64,000 bases of DNA from Oopsacas minuta. Its lineage: Eukaryota; Animalia; Porifera. The notes below the pieces were generated by a model. That model made no database searches, was not told the DNA's origin, and saw nothing but the letters and a program-made list of their open reading frames with translations. The stretch is taken from assembly GCA_024704765.1 (NCBI GenBank), contig JAKMXF010000338.1:154878-218877 (forward strand). The letters are read 5' to 3'. Shown here in pieces: positions 62,981 through 64,000 of the stretch. The translations under genes and the position numbers were made by a program. Every line of letters begins with the position of its first letter. Positions within the stretch are counted from its first letter, which is position 1.

Positions 62981-63689
62981 TTTGTAGTTCAATGAACGGT
63001 AGGTCATTTTAACAAGAAATTTCGTTTCATAAGTTGATAAAAATGTACACTAAATAGTGTTAATAATGTCAAAGCATAAAACATTCACTTTCTGAACATA
63101 TAGCTCACAAATTGGCTTAACTAAAATCGACAAAAAAATCAAAATATTTTTGAATGTGACAATGACGTCATTACTTTCACACTCAAAGACTTAGAAAAAT
63201 CTAGTTACGTCAATCGATTCCTTGGGTACGATTCCCCATATGTCAATCATATAGTTTAATACGTTATCTAGTACCCTAATACCTACTTCCAGGTTTTAGC
63301 CATTTCGTGCCACTGTGTACCAGCTGCTTCAAATTTAGACCTGCTGAAAAATCAACTCACAAATGTGTGGGCTGACATCAGCCCTGACCTACTCAAGAGG
63401 TTGATTGATGGAATGCCAGCTAGGATGAGAAAGTGCGTAGATTTGATTGGCGATAATATTGGAAAATAATGAAACCTATATTCCATTTCGTATGGGTGCT
63501 ATGAATAATTTTCTGATAGGAAAATACTTTCGGGACATACTGTATATAGGTTTGACTACCTTTATGTAAGAGCTTTGCGATTGTTATCAACAATATCATT
63601 AAAGTATATTACCTTTCTATTACATTGGTAGCTAACAGTTAAACAGATCCCTGGGAAGTCACCAGAAACTTGACAAGTTTATGTGCCCA

Positions 63690-63960
63690 AACACTTTGAA
63701 GAGGGCGATATTCGAGAGTATGGTTATGTTTGAGATTTGGGCATAAGCAAATGGAAGGGATCGTAACGAGTGGGCGCATCGGCTTCCGACCCTGTTGACA
63801 CGAGAAGCGTTTGCAGTTTTTATGGACTTGGAAGAAGGCGAAACGAAAAGTTATGTAATATCAAAGCAAAATTGATCGAGTCATTTGGGCCCAGTGGAGG
63901 CCAATTCGGTGCTATGCAGAATTATTGGAAGAGACGACTTAGACTTGGTGGATCACTGCA
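63690..63960 (+). pseudogene. LTR-retrotransposon gag-like fragment
   Basis: FEEGDIRE..., NEWAHRLPTLLTREAFAVFMDLEE, KAKLIESFGP resemble a Gypsy gag N-terminus. Confidence 0.45.
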
Positions 63961-64000
63961 TATGTACACATACAGCTCAGGGCCGTAACTAGGGGGCGCT

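Larger units (their letters stand above)
58685..63317 (+). mobile_element. RAG1-like/Transib transposon, family 1 copy 2 (full length, carrying a maT insertion)
   Basis: CACAGTGGCAC ends; 5-bp TSD TACCA at 58680-84 and 63318-22; highly similar to copy 1. Confidence 0.95.
57551..63542 (+). mobile_element. Tc1-like TRT (DD37E) element hosting the RAG1-like copy 2
   Basis: TIR CAGTATGTCCCGAAAGT at both ends, TA TSD; transposase frame resumes after the insertion (NELSELP|AASNLDLLKNQL...MRKCVDL). Confidence 0.92.

Noticed and set aside
7212-63317. RAG2-like (kelch plus PHD) partner gene for the RAG1-like elements
   Set aside because: No kelch-repeat ORF or room for one inside either TIR pair; the only PHD finger belongs to the separate TTAA-flanked element
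1-64000. Fanzor/TnpB, reverse transcriptase, Helitron Rep or rRNA genes
   Set aside because: No RuvC, RT YxDD-context, Rep/helicase or rRNA-like sequence recognised by eye; a profile search would be needed to exclude very decayed copies

Overview
AT-rich eukaryotic (probably invertebrate animal) DNA made almost entirely of nested, mostly decayed DNA transposons. I recognise no intact host gene, rRNA or CRISPR array. The main signal is a cluster of RAG1-like/Transib transposons. Family 1 has two full-length copies (7212-10540 minus, TSD CCCCC; 58685-63317 plus, TSD TACCA) with ends that start with the exact RSS heptamer CACAGTG and are asymmetric further in. Its consensus is a ~702-aa RAG1-core-like transposase with no RAG2 partner, and two more fragments are present. 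Family 2 (19955-22435) is a divergent, decayed copy that keeps a CX2CX3GHX3C C-terminal zinc knuckle like the ProtoRAG CTT. A family-3 fragment lies at ~1850-2380. Two other notable elements: a Ginger2/KRBA2-like integrase preceded in frame by a 2A-like StopGo peptide (GDIELNPGP), and an intact TTAA-flanked Kolobok-like element encoding an 853-aa DDE transposase fused to a PHD finger. The rest is Tc1/mariner (DD34E, DD37D, DD37E, mariner), pogo/Tigger, hAT, piggyBac, Harbinger, Chapaev3-like and MITE sequence, plus a ~0.9-kb inverted repeat pair and a 42-bp hairpin tandem array. All family calls come from motif recognition by eye; no searches were run.
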